A DNA stretch of 64,000 nucleotides from Lingula anatina (Eukaryota > Animalia > Brachiopoda): NCBI GenBank assembly GCA_051362555.1, contig CM120646.1, positions 2,232,001 to 2,296,000 of the forward strand. The letters run 5' to 3'. The position numbers were made by a program, and so were the translations under genes. Positions within the stretch are counted from its first letter, which is position 1; the number at the start of each line of letters is the position of its first letter. Below the pieces are notes generated by a model. It worked only from the letters and a program-made list of their open reading frames with translations. It ran no database searches and was not told the origin of the DNA. Below are positions 36,910 through 50,364 of this stretch, piece after piece.

Positions 36910-39900
36910 AGATATCTCTTTTATTTTGTTATCTCAATTTTCAAATCCAGGAATTCGGAGCTGTTTACCGGGTGGAAGCCGTGTGCGGTGGAGGAGTTGA
37001 GCCAGTACTGTATGGTGGTAGAGCACTTACACGACAGAGTGGTCGTCAAGGACGCACGGGAGAACGAGTTCCTTCTCTTCGTGACGAAGGTAGACTAGTC
37101 TTCTCACTCTCAAGGTCGTTACCATTTACGCATTACGTGAAAAACAAACTCGAAACAAAACAAAAGCATATGCGTGGACGCGTTGTTACTTTTTACCACG
37201 TCAGTGACACGCGTGAGCGCGCGCGCGCACACACACACACAAATGCACGCTAGCAAGCACGTGTTTAGCAAGAAGTTCACTGTGAGGTACTGTTGGTTAC
37301 TAATCACTTAAATAGTAAACACATTTGGAAGAGGCCAATGAATTCTATTATATTCATCATTTATTTTAAAGGCGGTCCATTATCCTTTTGTTGCGCCACT
37401 GTTAATTGAAATGCTAATTTTCATTTACTTTATGTCAAAATTTATACGAATGGACCCCTGTAAACGTCGCCCTCCTCGTTATTCCAGGGAAGTTGCGACG
37501 TCCTGAAGCTGGTAGATCTGGCCAGGTGCAGGCAGTTCCAGAAGTTGGTCTACGGGAACGCCATGCCGCTGCAAGAGACGCCAGTGACGTTGGTCTCCAC
37601 TCCCTCAGAACCTACCATGTACGACATCCTGCTGGAGACGCCGACAGCATCCGGAATTTATATTCCTACTAGTAAGTATCAAAGTGGTTGTTCAAATGCA
37701 AAATAAATGTGTGGTCTACTGTTGCGTTCAGGGGCTACTGTGTTTATTATGATTTTACTATATGGAAGAGAGTGTGTGTGTGTGGGGGGGGTGGGGGGGG
37801 GGGGGGCAAAAAGGGTGTCTTGAAAGAATGGGTAACCAATCTCAAAATTTGTTTCAAGCATTTTATTTAGTAAAGACCTCCTGATTCGCAATTTTTTTTA
37901 TTTCGAAACTGATCAAAGGCAGACCTGTGCCAGACGTAATGTTACCTTCTGAACCCCTTTTTGGCATTGCGACATCACGCTGTTCCACAATTTGCACCCA
38001 TTTTGCTCGTTTCCCATTTCGTAAAGGGATTCCTTTCGATAGCCCGAAGGTTCGTTAGTCCCAAGCTTCTTTGGCTTTTTGCATTTGTTGGGAGGTTCTC
38101 TGGCCAAAATAAACCTCGGGCTAAGATTTTACGTATCTATTTTCAGTTCAACAGCCAAATGAATCGCACACCAGTTTGAGGTCACGTGGCTCTCTGACGT
38201 CAGCATCGCTGACCACGCCGTCTCTCATGAAGCGCCCTCACCCCACCAGCCTATCAGACCGTCCTCAGCTGTGCTTGCTGCCGAGGTTGTCGGAGTGCAA
38301 GGATCTCAGCCAGCACTCAGGACTACTTCCGCCTCCAGAGACGAGCTCAGCGTCCCGATCTGTGAGACACCTAGCGGCACAGGAGAGCCAAAGGTGAGGT
38401 GGTGCTTAGCAAAGGTTCCTGAAAAGGTCAGACGCGGAGTACTCGCCCTTCTTGTGAGCATGCGTTTGACGACATTCGGTGTGATTGAGTTAAGCAAGAC
38501 TCTTTCTTCAAGTCAGAACGCGCTTGTCGTCAATCTATGTGGCTGGGTTCTTACGGTAAGGCATCCTATATGTGGGCATGGTTTTACCCTCAATGTGGGT
38601 GACTGTCCGAGTCCGAAAAGATGCAGGCTTGCGAGGCGTTTTCTGTTTAAAATCTGGTCAATATGCGCGTAACTAGAACCAGAAGTAAGCGATAAATAAC
38701 TGTTCTTAATGAGTCGAAGTAAACAGTTTCATTCAGTAATCATACATTCAAGCTTATGTCATTTATAGATTTATTTTAAAAAGATTTATATTAAAATACG
38801 GCAGGAAATATTGAAATTACCATATTTCAAGGTTTATTGCGGCAGTATGAATAATTATGGCCATTTTCATTGCCAGGGACAGCGGGTTTACCAGCGCACC
38901 GCCTGGCGTGTTCCTGCGGGTAGACACACTCAAACCCGGAGACTACTTTGTAAGTATCGTACAGACATACAGTGTGATGTAATTATTTCACTGTGGGTGT
39001 TTGAAGTAGAGGACTGATAGTGATTAAGTGCCAGTACATATGCTCTAGTTGTCGCTGTAAAGTCCCCCCTCCCCCCGTTAGTCGTTGCACATCATTTGAC
39101 GGCATTACCCGCATGGCATCATGATCACTCAACTCACACACTTACAAATATGACATCTTTTCATCTGTTTCAGATGATTTTAGGTTTTGGATATTTTGTC
39201 GAAAAATAACCAAAAAAAAAAAAAAAAAAAATTGTTCATTTTTTTATTAAGACCAATCACAATTAATTTGTTTAATTATCATGGAATTGTTTGTGCTTAT
39301 AGTTTTTTTTGTGCAACCCAGTAAGGCAGTTTATTGTTTCATTTTTTAGGGTCTCGAGTCTCTGACGAAGCCCACGTGTCACGTGTCAGTGGTCAGTAAA
39401 GGGACAACGGTCATTTTAGTTCCAAAGACAAAATTCCTAGAACTGGCCAACCCAAAAACTCTACAGAAACTCCAGAAAATCGAACACGTGTATCCGAGCG
39501 ACGACGAGCTCTGTCGGAAATTTCTGGCCATAAATGAGTGGCAGAACTACAAGCACAAGCTCATGATATACCTGCTACAACAGATGCATCGGGCGAAGGC
39601 TCGAAATTTGATGCGCGAGACGACGCCGGACTTGACCGAATCCAGTGTTGGCGAGACGATAACCACGACCCCTTGGGCAGAAGGATCAGGTAAGGCGTGA
39701 CGTCATCAGATGGTTCGGTGACGTCACTAAGAGAGGGATATCGTCAGCACAGACGTGGGCTCGCCTCAGTGAATTTTGAAAGTATAAAACTTGTTCTCAA
39801 CAGTTACATTTTTTTGTCGGTGTTATCGTGCTTATCAGAATTGATGATATCTACGGTTATCAACATATGCAACTGTACAGTGTTCCTGACGTCTTTATAT

Positions 39901-41070
39901 GCGCATGTTGAATATACGTTTACAAGAATAAGCACACATGCGCTCATTTTATTTCTAAGTGTTTTCCCTAGTATCACAATTTCATTAATTTTCAGGGGAG
40001 AAACCACCAAAATATTTCCCATTGACGACCATACTAAGAAATGCCTGCAAAACTGCATAAAGAAAATTACTCTGTGAAAAATTTCCCATCTCCATGGACA
40101 GCAGACACACTGACATAACTCCAAATGGCAAAAAAATATACTGTCATCAACTCCGCTGTCTTACCGGCATCACTTGAACATGTGCACCCCTCTGTTTGTA
40201 AACAAACCACTGCACCAGTAGTTTACACCCTACTCTGCTAGTTGATACCAAAATTAACCCTAGCAACACACAAGAAATGCCAGGAAAAAAATGGAAAAAA
40301 GCACTCATTTTTTCTCACTGAACTATATTCGACTATAACAGATGCTGATTGGCTGATTTGGAGGTTTCTGCCCTTCAAGATCTTAACATAATTCAATTTT
40401 TCTAATTTTTTCCCCAAAACATTTTCATTGGCTGCTTTACAATTCTACGTATAAGTATCGACGGCAGTTTTGAAATATTGCCCTTAAAAACTTTCCCCAG
40501 TTTGTGCACACGACTAAATACTCACTATCAGGGCTAATAAAATTATCAAACTAAAGGGCAAAGTTGAAACGTCTGCATACGGTTTACAACTGAATGTCTC
40601 GTCCATTCAAGGATTGCTCCAGCTTTTTTTTTATTACATTGCAAACAGCGGCTGATTTGAAGAAACTGACACTTAGACATGACGCTTAATCAACAATTAA
40701 CATGGAAATTACCGTTTTTTTTTTGTCCATTTTAGGGCGAAGAATGTCAAGGTCTGCAGCGTGGTCCAGGAACTCTGACGCCATCTCGACTCCGACATCA
40801 GATAAAAAACAGTACAGCAGGTTAACTACGCCGGCACCCAGGCTTCACAGACACTCAAAATCTGCGGGTGGTACGCTGCAGAGTTTAAGGTCACAAGGTC
40901 AAGGTCAAGGTCAGATGCGACCTCCTTCCAAAAGTAGGGCCAAAACATGTGGCTTGTACAGGGTAGAGAAGAGTAACGTGTTTGCCCAAGGGAGCGAAGA
41001 TAAACTGCAGCTTATTAATAAGATACATGTGCCTCTCAACATGAAGCGTTTGGCAAAGAGTGCCAGGTGA
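29666..41070 (+). CDS. cyclic nucleotide-binding domain-containing protein (CNBD2-like), two cNMP domains, about 800 aa
   Basis: Exons: 29666 (or 29753)-29900 (donor uncertain), 30210-30427, 34314-34526, 35064-35227, 35413-35569, 36583-36734, 36951-37089, 37488-37671, 38147-38393, 38877-38949, 39350-39689, 40736-41070. GT-AG, frame continuous. Motifs: ILEKKPWERTDDD, VILRKGHIGFSFYFIFSGS, MQKGDCFGEKALVKDVPRLATVV (phosphate-binding cassette), LKPGDYFG, and YPSDDELCRKFLAINEWQNYK, which I recall as typical of CNBD1/2-like proteins. The 5' end is less certain. Confidence 0.85.
29981..30030. repeat. (TAA)n microsatellite
   Basis: Directly visible. Confidence 0.95.
33236..33373 (+). CDS. probable alternative first coding exon of the CNBD2-like gene
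   Basis: ATG preceded by an in-frame TGA; encodes MPNFYVKTNKSYIWGLVDNPRLIARLFEEDDDILDERFDDKNEYNT; ends in a phase-0 donor ACG|gtaata compatible with the acceptor at 34314. Confidence 0.55.
34854..35026. mobile_element. PIF/Harbinger-type MITE (second family)
   Basis: TIRs ggccgcattcagaacagt...actaactagtc and gactagttagttcactgttctgaatgcggct; TSD TTA at 34851-34853 and 35027-35029. Confidence 0.82.
36354..36548. mobile_element. unclassified foldback/MITE-like inverted repeat with ~75-bp arms
   Basis: tggatcgacctaactccctgggggtccacactaaattgctatcaa...gtcacgccta pairs with taggcgtgac...ttgatagcaatttagtgagactccccagggagatagatcgatcca; no clear TSD. Confidence 0.7.
36873..36908. repeat. (GA)n microsatellite
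   Basis: Directly visible. Confidence 0.95.
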
Positions 41071-44000
41071 GGGAGACCTATGACGTCATGGTTTATGAGT
41101 GACATCATTTAATATTTAAGTGACTGACGTCATAGTGTCTATGTACGTATGGCTTGCGAAATTAGAAATTTGGCCTGATCACAATCAAGTCATACAAACT
41201 AGCATGTGACACTGAATGACGAAAATTACAAATTGTGGTCAGTATATGCATATCTGTACAATCTGATGTCAGTATGGCGTGAGGAAAACTGAATATAGAT
41301 GATACAATAGAACTATTTTAACACATATTTACATTTGTTGGGCTACTTCGAGAAAACTTATGTTTCCAAAGGGATATCTGATGGATGAAAAAAAAGTCAG
41401 CCTCAACAAATTCTACAAAAAAATAATATGCAGATAAGATTTGTGTACCATACAACTTAAAACACGGTATTTTGTATTCCGTAAAAAGTTAATACAGAAG
41501 CACAGAGGCGTTTAAAACCTTGTCGTCAGTTAGACTTATGCTCTCTAATCGATGTCGAACGTCTGTAAAACGTCTGTAAAATGAATTTACTAGAACAAAT
41601 TTGCAAGAATATTTACATCAATGGTAAGGGGTGACTGGAAATTTTACCTAAATCATCTAATCAAAATTTCTCAAATTGAATTTATTTTTTAAAAACCAAG
41701 TCTAACTCAGTTCAACATGGAGCAGGATGGAAAGTAGGTCATTAGAAGCGAAGGTATAGATATAGCCGATAGGGGGTGCGCGTGTCGTAGCGTAGCCCGA
41801 GATTCCAGTCACTCGAGTGTACACAAGCTCATTAGTGTATAAGGATAGAAACCATCACTGGATATCTAAACTCAGGCGAGAACCCAAATTGATTGCAATC
41901 CACAAAATTTAGCTGTGCACGTTATCTTCTAGCGACAGTCTAACTGTCTGTACATGTACATGTATATCTTTAGTATGAAAACACAAAAAAACATGGCACG
42001 AGATCACGTATGCGTCCTTATCCCAAGTTGCAAACCGACTTGGTATAATCTCACTTGAAAGCAGACAATATCGCCATGAATTCCCATCTGCCATGTAATT
42101 GGATTACGAAACGATTGCATGGTGTCTGCTTCCTGATTTCAAAGCCAAAGCGGTTTAAAGTTAGTGAAAATTCACTCTCCGTTCTGGGTGATTCGTCATC
42201 AATTCTGTGAAGAAGAGCAGCAGCCATATTGATTTGTTCACACATTAAAGCATGCAGATGAAGTATGGGATATACAGATTTCTTTAAGGTTATATACAGA
42301 TGCATGAGGAGCAGATGCTGAGAAGACTAATTCTCATCAGAGGAAACGCTAAGGGGTATTTTGTCATGTGTGGGACAGATTGCTGCAGCATTGTTGTATA
42401 AATATCTCAGGATTTTCGTGGAAGCAACTTTCAATGCTGCAGGTGTATCTGGTGACATATTTGTCGTCTCACTAAAAACTGTCCAAATCGCATAGAATAT
42501 CACTTTATTTAATATGAATATCTGCCAGTCTCTCTCTCTCTCTCTCTCTCTCTCACCAATCTTCAAACATCTTTAAGTATATGGTATGCGGGTTTTTCTG
42601 CTTAAATATGAATAAATATAATGACAATGATAATAAAACTCACGATGCACGATTTAACATTAATATACAGTAATGTAAGAGCATGGATGCAATGTAAGAC
42701 CAATCAAATGTAATACTAGAAAATTAATTCCTATTCACTTTCTTATCTCAACTAAAGAATGCCCATTTTTCAATTGTGCCTTTGAGACCGTTTGTGTTTT
42801 CAGCATTCATTTGTCGATTTATAAATGTAACATCCGATCAATAATGGCAGTTACCCATCTTGTGTGATATTGAGATAAAATATACCGTTTAATAGACCAT
42901 CTGAATTGTTTAATACAGAAATCGTGGGCGAACGCAATAATGATAAAAATGGAAATTACCTTTTGTCAAAGGAGCGAGAAAGTGTGTCCAGACAAACTGA
43001 CCCAAACCGGTCTGGGCTGCGCAAACAGACGACCGTTGTCACAAAAATGGTGGTTCTATGAATGGAAGTCCAAGGTCCAATATTATATGGTTATTGCATA
43101 CTTACTTTAACTGGAACAATGCATGTATATGGGACCAATGTCACCTGTACAAAGTAATGGGAAACAGACTACGGTGCTTATAGCCATCTGCCATTCCCGT
43201 TACTGTTAGGGGCGGCAAAACAGGTGTCTTCTTATGCGTATGTACTATTGCAGGAAGGGGAAACCACTTATCCACTAACAAACATAAAGTGCATGGAGAC
43301 TGATATGACATCTCGTTGCAGGAGCGTTATATGAAGATTAAAATATCATATATAATGTATATTTAAGCATATATACAAAATATCTACTTATTTCATTGCA
43401 TTACTTATGTATTTTTTTGGTCTCAGTCTTTGTAAAATGTGCTAAAACTAATATAGATAATTATTAAGATTATTACATGGACGAAGAGGTTTTGTTAAAA
43501 TAAAGATATTGCCTTGTTGATTTATGGAAATGTGATCGCTCTGATTATGACAATTAAATGTAAACCGATTTTCTTTAAATGGTTCAGTTCCAACACGAAC
43601 CTTGGCTAGCACCGGGGTTAAACTGCATGTATCACCATGGCAACGCAATTTAGAAGTGATGGTCCATTATCTGAGGAAATCACAACGCTAGGGGAGTCGC
43701 TGCCAATGCCGTCTCTTCATCTCGTACGCAGCTGAGAATCGGAAGCTCTCAACTCGTTTTAATCAGTTCACAAGGTTGATGTAATGAGATTAAGGCACCT
43801 TCTACAACCCACAGGGACAGCGGGAGAACTCGTTGCTTAGGTGTAAAGCGTCTGAGTCAGCAATTAAATTGGTCCCCACGGACGAAGGCAGGCCTATGCC
43901 ATTAGCCGACTTCCGCTTCTAGTAGAGAATGCCAAGCAGCAGAAACTGCCGATTTTCTGCGCCATGATAATTCTTGACATGATTTGAGGCCCGTTCAAAT

Positions 44001-47000
44001 TAGGAAGACTTTAGATGGACGTTGATAAAAATTAGGTCATCGCTAGACCGGATGTATTAAACGGGGAATTTGATGCCCAAGGCGTTACTTTGAAATCCTG
44101 TTCCATGCAAAGTAACTCTTTTACAACTAACACCTTGATATACCTGCTCATTCAACTTGGTCGTCAGATGACGGCTGTAAGGCCGATGTCCATTCCAAAT
44201 CAGTCTTTGTCTGAGCACACCATGAAAAGCGTGCAATCATATTGGGACCGATTTAAAGTGCTCACATTATCTACTGTGAGGTGGCCCGGTGAAATCACTT
44301 CGTGTTGTAAGTATGCAGTCAGTCTTAGTGAGAGGGTTTATATGAATTAGTCCCAACTGATACGAGTGCAATATAATTTGATTCTTTTTACACTCATCAC
44401 GCGAGTGAACGCATCTGACCGTTTTAAACGAGTTAAGAGCGCAGCTAACTTTGAAAGACAATGTTCATTGTTTAAGACGCTCTTGGTAGTTGCTAGTTTA
44501 TGGATGTAAAAGCAGCAGGGTTAACTGACTTAGACGAAATATATTCTCGACCTGAACATACTGTTACAGCAAAAATGGACACTGACAGCGGTGGTACAGG
44601 AACATCCATTCTTTATTTTCTATATTGTCTGTCCAACTGACTAGTATCAAAAACCTAGAGAACATATAGAAACGCAAAAAAAAAAAAAACACGAAAGCCA
44701 GTCATATTTAAGTGGAATCTGCAGGATATCGAATGGAGATATTTTTTGGTTTAATGTTTTGTTAGCGTTCACAAATTTAAACATTACATAAATGGACAAC
44801 ACAACGTCGAGGGGGGGGGTCATTTTGGTTTTCACACAGCTGTATGTCGTGAATTACATTGTAAATATGAAAATGCCTTTTTGCTGTTGTTGACACATTG
44901 GTTCAGATGCTATGTCACAGATTTTGGAGTCAAACGTAAGATGTTACATTTCCTTTTCAGTTTAAACGGCATGATAATGCATTGTTAGCTTGTGGTAATA
45001 AACATCTCCCTTTATCTTTCCAGTGTCTTAAAATAAATAAAATGAATATCTAATACACCCAAGTACACAAATTTGAATTAGGATATTTCAATGAAAGATA
45101 TTTATATACGTGATAACAACAAGTTGTAAAATATGTGTGCTCGTTTATCAACTAAAATTGAACCTTTCAAGAAAACTAGCAAATTGTCATTGTCAGAAAT
45201 TTATCATCGCTCGTATGATGTAAACATGGTGGAAGAGCTTATAGCATTTTCTATAAACATATATAGTATAAGCATACCTCGGCTCAAAGCCATCTCCCCA
45301 AAGCGAGAGAACTGTCATTTCGTTACTGCAGTGGGACTAAGGCAATTATTCCAGCCAACAGTATGGTTTGCATGCAAGCTATTATAATGTTTAAATATCT
45401 CCATTGGATGATTTAACAGAGAGTGAATACTTCAAATACATAGTACTTGGGCAACACACATTTGGTTCTCCTCACAGAGAGACCATATTTCAATTGAACT
45501 AGAAGTAATGTAGTTATCTACTCCAAGCACAATTATTTACATGGGTGATTTGGTTTTATTGATTAGAATCACGAATTACCAAAGTTCATAATAAGACAGA
45601 TACACAAATTAATGTTTTCAGCATTGCTCGGGGCTGGCAGTTGGGATGTTACTGTATAACTTAATATTCATACAATGAAATGCTTAAAACAAGCAGTACG
45701 GTTGAAAAATATCAATTTAAACAATACTTATCAATTCTTTGTCTGTATATTTGGCAAAAAGGAAATAAATGGTCAAAGCGATTCGTTGTCTGAGAAATTT
45801 TCAACTTGTTGTACTTATGTCTCAAAATTTTGTTCCAGGGTTTTTTCATGTAACAAAAATTTTACCAGGAGTGAAAACAAAATGACAACCTTTAAATAAG
45901 TGTAAAAGGTCACTCACAGCTATCGCCAAATATTACTATGAAGTCGTTGAAGACTCCCCGAAAATATGCCCAAATTATTCTTTCAGTGGCTAATCCTTGC
46001 AATTATCTACCGCATGTGACAAGCGGTCCACAAATGTCTGATTATTGCTTGACTGTAATTACATTTGTCATCATCATTATGTACATTAGAGATGCGTTTG
46101 AATCGGACAAATTGTACTCAGTCACATCGGATAGACGAAAATCTGGCCATATAAATCTGGACACGTTATTTCTCAGTACAAAAATAAGACAAGTGCGTAA
46201 AACAATGGGACTTCAATGTGCGAAAAAAGGTAATCTCCGTGTACCCAATGATTAAAGCAACCGTCTTCAAATACGTTTAAGCCCCAGTATCAGTGAACAA
46301 AATCTGACCATCTAAACCACAGCTCAGCAACCACTGGGCCATAAATTACACAGTCCCGCTCACTCACTCACTGTAACACATGCAGTTCGCAACTAACTGA
46401 CAAATTCTTTATTAGAATCAATTAGTCAAATGTAATTGACTCTTTCCAGTCATTCTATTGATTCTTTGTCGAGGAAGGCACTTTGCGGCCGCTTTACAAC
46501 GGATCAATACGGGAACGGCGGAGCGGGTCATTAATTCATTTATGCTCAGGGCTCGCCTACCCGTCCTAGCATTATCATCATATCGCTTTTCGTCTACTGT
46601 TACCTCTACTATAGATAGAACGAAGACTTACCATATGATATAGAATGCATACAATACTTATTGTGTGGCATGTACACCCACGGTACTGAAAATTCTGCCG
46701 ATCGGAACCAATGTGGCCAGTCTCAGTTTGAAATCCGTTCACATCCGGTCTGGTGCACACGACTTCTTGATCTCTTGCTTCTGACAACAGATTTTCGACA
46801 CGTGATGAAAGAGAAATTGTTGACGTGTTCTCGATAGCGGCACCCAGGAACTGAGAGAAGCCGGTACACGATTTAGAATCTCAGGTATATTTTGGGTTGA
46901 TTGGTCTGCGCTGTTTTTTCACGAAAAATCAAACTGAGAAAAACATTACATGTTACCCAATGCCGGCAAGTATCTTCGGTGATCGAGGCACAGAAAATTA

Positions 47001-48953
47001 AGAGGTGCAAGGTTGTTTTTTTCCTCCAAGAGCCGACCACATTATCGACGGGTTTAATGATCAGTAAAGTATCCATTTCTGAAGCCTACTGTATCTTTGG
47101 ACGCCGTTAAAATGCCTTTCTTTATTCTCGAAGGAGGTGATATTATGATTTAACAGGACCAATATATGGCCGAGACGAAGCAGGAAAGCGACCAAATGGC
47201 TGGTCTGATGTAGTGGAATCTTTGACCAGGACTAAGGTAAGGCCACTCTTACGCCATCTTATTATAGAGGAATTGGACATTTGGATCATGCAGCCCATGA
47301 TAATGTTTTTTTTTTTCGAAATACATCACATCCGAAAAGCGTTTCAAGACTCACGTAGATTGTCTGTGACTATGCCCTATTTTCATCAGCGCCAAAAATA
47401 TCGTACAACAATTTATACACGTGAATTAATCATGTATGTACTATAAACCCCCATTCAGGTAATTTTCTATTAAAATATAGTCGATTCTATACAACCGAGA
47501 CATGCATAATGTATAGGCTCTGTTGAAGCTATCCTGACGCCAAGGCTTTCCTTTATTATGTCACGGCATCAAAATGCCTTTATAATACACATGCTGTATA
47601 TCAGTGTAAGAGTTTTATGCTCAACTGTATTTTTCGCAGGTTTAATGGTGAGAACGTTTGATGCCTCAGAGTAAGTATATTATCATAACATGCGTAAGCC
47701 ATGGATGCGAGCTTTAAAGTCACATCTGTTTATGTGTCGATCGATTCGGGGCTGGTATAGTACAAGGAACTGCCGTTCTTAAGAATAAGGGTCAGTGGAT
47801 TCTTTAGAACATACTGGGACGCGCGTGCAGTGCACGTTTGTGACTGTGTGTTTGTGTTTTGGCGCGAGAGCGCTTGCGTGTGTGTGGTTCCACGTGAGTG
47901 TAAATGTATTAATTGTGAGTGCACCTTATTTTGCACATCTGTGAGATATGTACTCAAGGATGATTTAATGAAATATTGACAGTTGTTAACATGAATTAAG
48001 AAAATTGAGATATGTATGACAATCTAGTTTGTATAAATGTAACCAATTCAATTAAGGAACAAAATAATGATATTACAGAGGCAGCAGTTCAAAAACAATG
48101 TGTCAAATAAAGACTATAAATACAGTATTTATGGGATAAAAAGATCTTTCAACCAATAAAATCGTCCAATACACATATGGTTTCTTACATAATGCATGAA
48201 TATATCTTTTATATATGTGTCTACAACTAAAAATGTACAAAAAGACTTTATTACATTTATTGTCCCGATGAGAAAAGAGACTAACCGAAAACTCCGTATT
48301 ACTATATGATGGGCAGCTATACCCGGACAATGAGTATTGTAACATATGGGGGGAAAGGAATATTTTTAAAGTATTACCATCTGCCGCTTTGGTTTTGTTT
48401 GTTTTTAGCTATTAAAATATAGATAGATAGATAAATAGATTTTTTATTTATTGTTGTGATATAGGACTGGGAGGCATCTCAGACTTAGACTTGCGTTTTT
48501 TCTTTTTTGTTAATCAAAGCATTATTAATACATATTGTGCTAAATACGAATAATGGCTCCTCTGGGAGACATTAACCTATTTTCTGTCCGACAGGGAATT
48601 TTCAAAAAGCTCTTCGTACCTATATAAACCACCTTTCTTCTCTAAAGGATATCTTGGTGCAAACGTAGAAAACCCAGTTTCTGAATGTAAATTTAGAGAT
48701 ATTGATTTAGAACTTTCGTTTCAAAGATTTTAAACTAAACAAAATCTTTGAAACGGAAAATTATATGATAAATGCACAACATAACTACAAGCAAGCAATT
48801 TTGTGACCAAAAGGAGCGGCATGTTGCGTTATTTCTGCAGTGTTCTTGTGTTCTTGCTTGGCTGTATGTTGTGGTAAGATTGGTTTGGGCAGTGTATAAA
48901 TAACGCAATATAAGATATGGTCATGCAAGAGTGATCTAAGACATTTTATGTAC

Positions 48954-48954
<1 letters not shown>

Positions 48955-48995
<41 letters not shown>
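48955..48995. repeat. (CA)n microsatellite
   Basis: Directly visible. Confidence 0.95.
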
Positions 48996-49000
<5 letters not shown>

Positions 49001-50364
49001 TTGCCATGTGCACCTCAGCTCAAATTTATACACGAATTTTGTTGTGACAGGTGTGCGAAATTAAGTAGAATATGAAAGTGAAAGGGCCTGAAGAGCAATG
49101 CTGTTTTGGCAATATATGAACATTTCAGCAAAGCCAGGCGCAAAACAGAAGTGCGTGAAACGTTGTGCATATTATTCGGTATGGTAATCTACATCTAACA
49201 GGTACAAGTTTGCAAAAAGCATGCTTCCTAACGCTTATCACTCGTTTGTATTAAGACATTTGTGTTATTCATTTCAGTTCATTGTATTGTACTTAGCATA
49301 AGGTACAATTAACCTAAAGGGATTTAGAACCAAAGGCTTGGCATCCTTGACAGCGTTCTGGTAATATTATCGTTCTATTTTGTAGGAACAGACGTCATCA
49401 CGGCTAGAAGATAACGCCAATTTCATGTTATGGTGGAATATTGGATTAACTACGGTCGGGTATGACATGTAACTTGGTGCCGAGGTGAACTGTATCAATA
49501 CAGGGTTATGACTGATTATTGGAATGCACTCGAAGTGACGGAATGTCTTGGTTAAAAGAAATGTGCAATGCACAGAGCGGAAAATTTGGAGATCGTGATT
49601 GAAAATACGTACGCCTGCATGGATTTTATCATTTCGGTTTGAATGTTGGGAGATTTTTTTTGTGGATCTTGTTAAGTGTATTTAACCGATTGTGTGATGA
49701 GCATTTTGTGGAAAAAAAAGGCCACCATTTCATCAATGCACAGATCAACTTGGAACTGAAATGTAACTCAAAAGTGCATTCATCCTCAGTAAGAAAAAGC
49801 TGTTGGAATATCTGTTGGCGCAGCATAGGACCAATGTTTAAGAACTCTGAAGGCCAAAAAGTCCACCCTACGTTACAGGAAAAGGAAAACAGCCTCGTCA
49901 TTTGCCGAAATCATATATACGTGTTTGAGACTATAGTTCGGTATTGCAGATCACGTGAAGGTAACATCGTTTTACACCTGTACTGCTGTATGTATAAAAA
50001 TGTACGTTGTGTGATTGCTAAACGCTGTTTGCCTTTATTATGGTTAGAACTATTCTGATTTCAACAACAATATGGGTCACGTGATTGGCTAGAGCACCAT
50101 CGACATTATATAGCGTCTTCCCCACGAGGTTTTTGTACGCATCTCTAAACGTTACGATATGGGAATACAATAACGGTCTAGTCGATGTGCTGATATAAAT
50201 GTTCTCTCAGAGCGGAAGAATCGAAGCGTGGGATGCCAGAAGATGTATTTGACAGAGCATTTCAGAATGTTTTATGTCTACTTCTAGAACTGATCATGCC
50301 TTTGTGTGAATTGAAGCTTAAGATATTATGAAGATATATTAAAGGCACTATCTAAGAATACATC

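Noticed and set aside
43631-43644. RFX X-box match ATCACCATGGCAAC
   Set aside because: A single 14-bp match far from any inferred TSS; not supportable alone.
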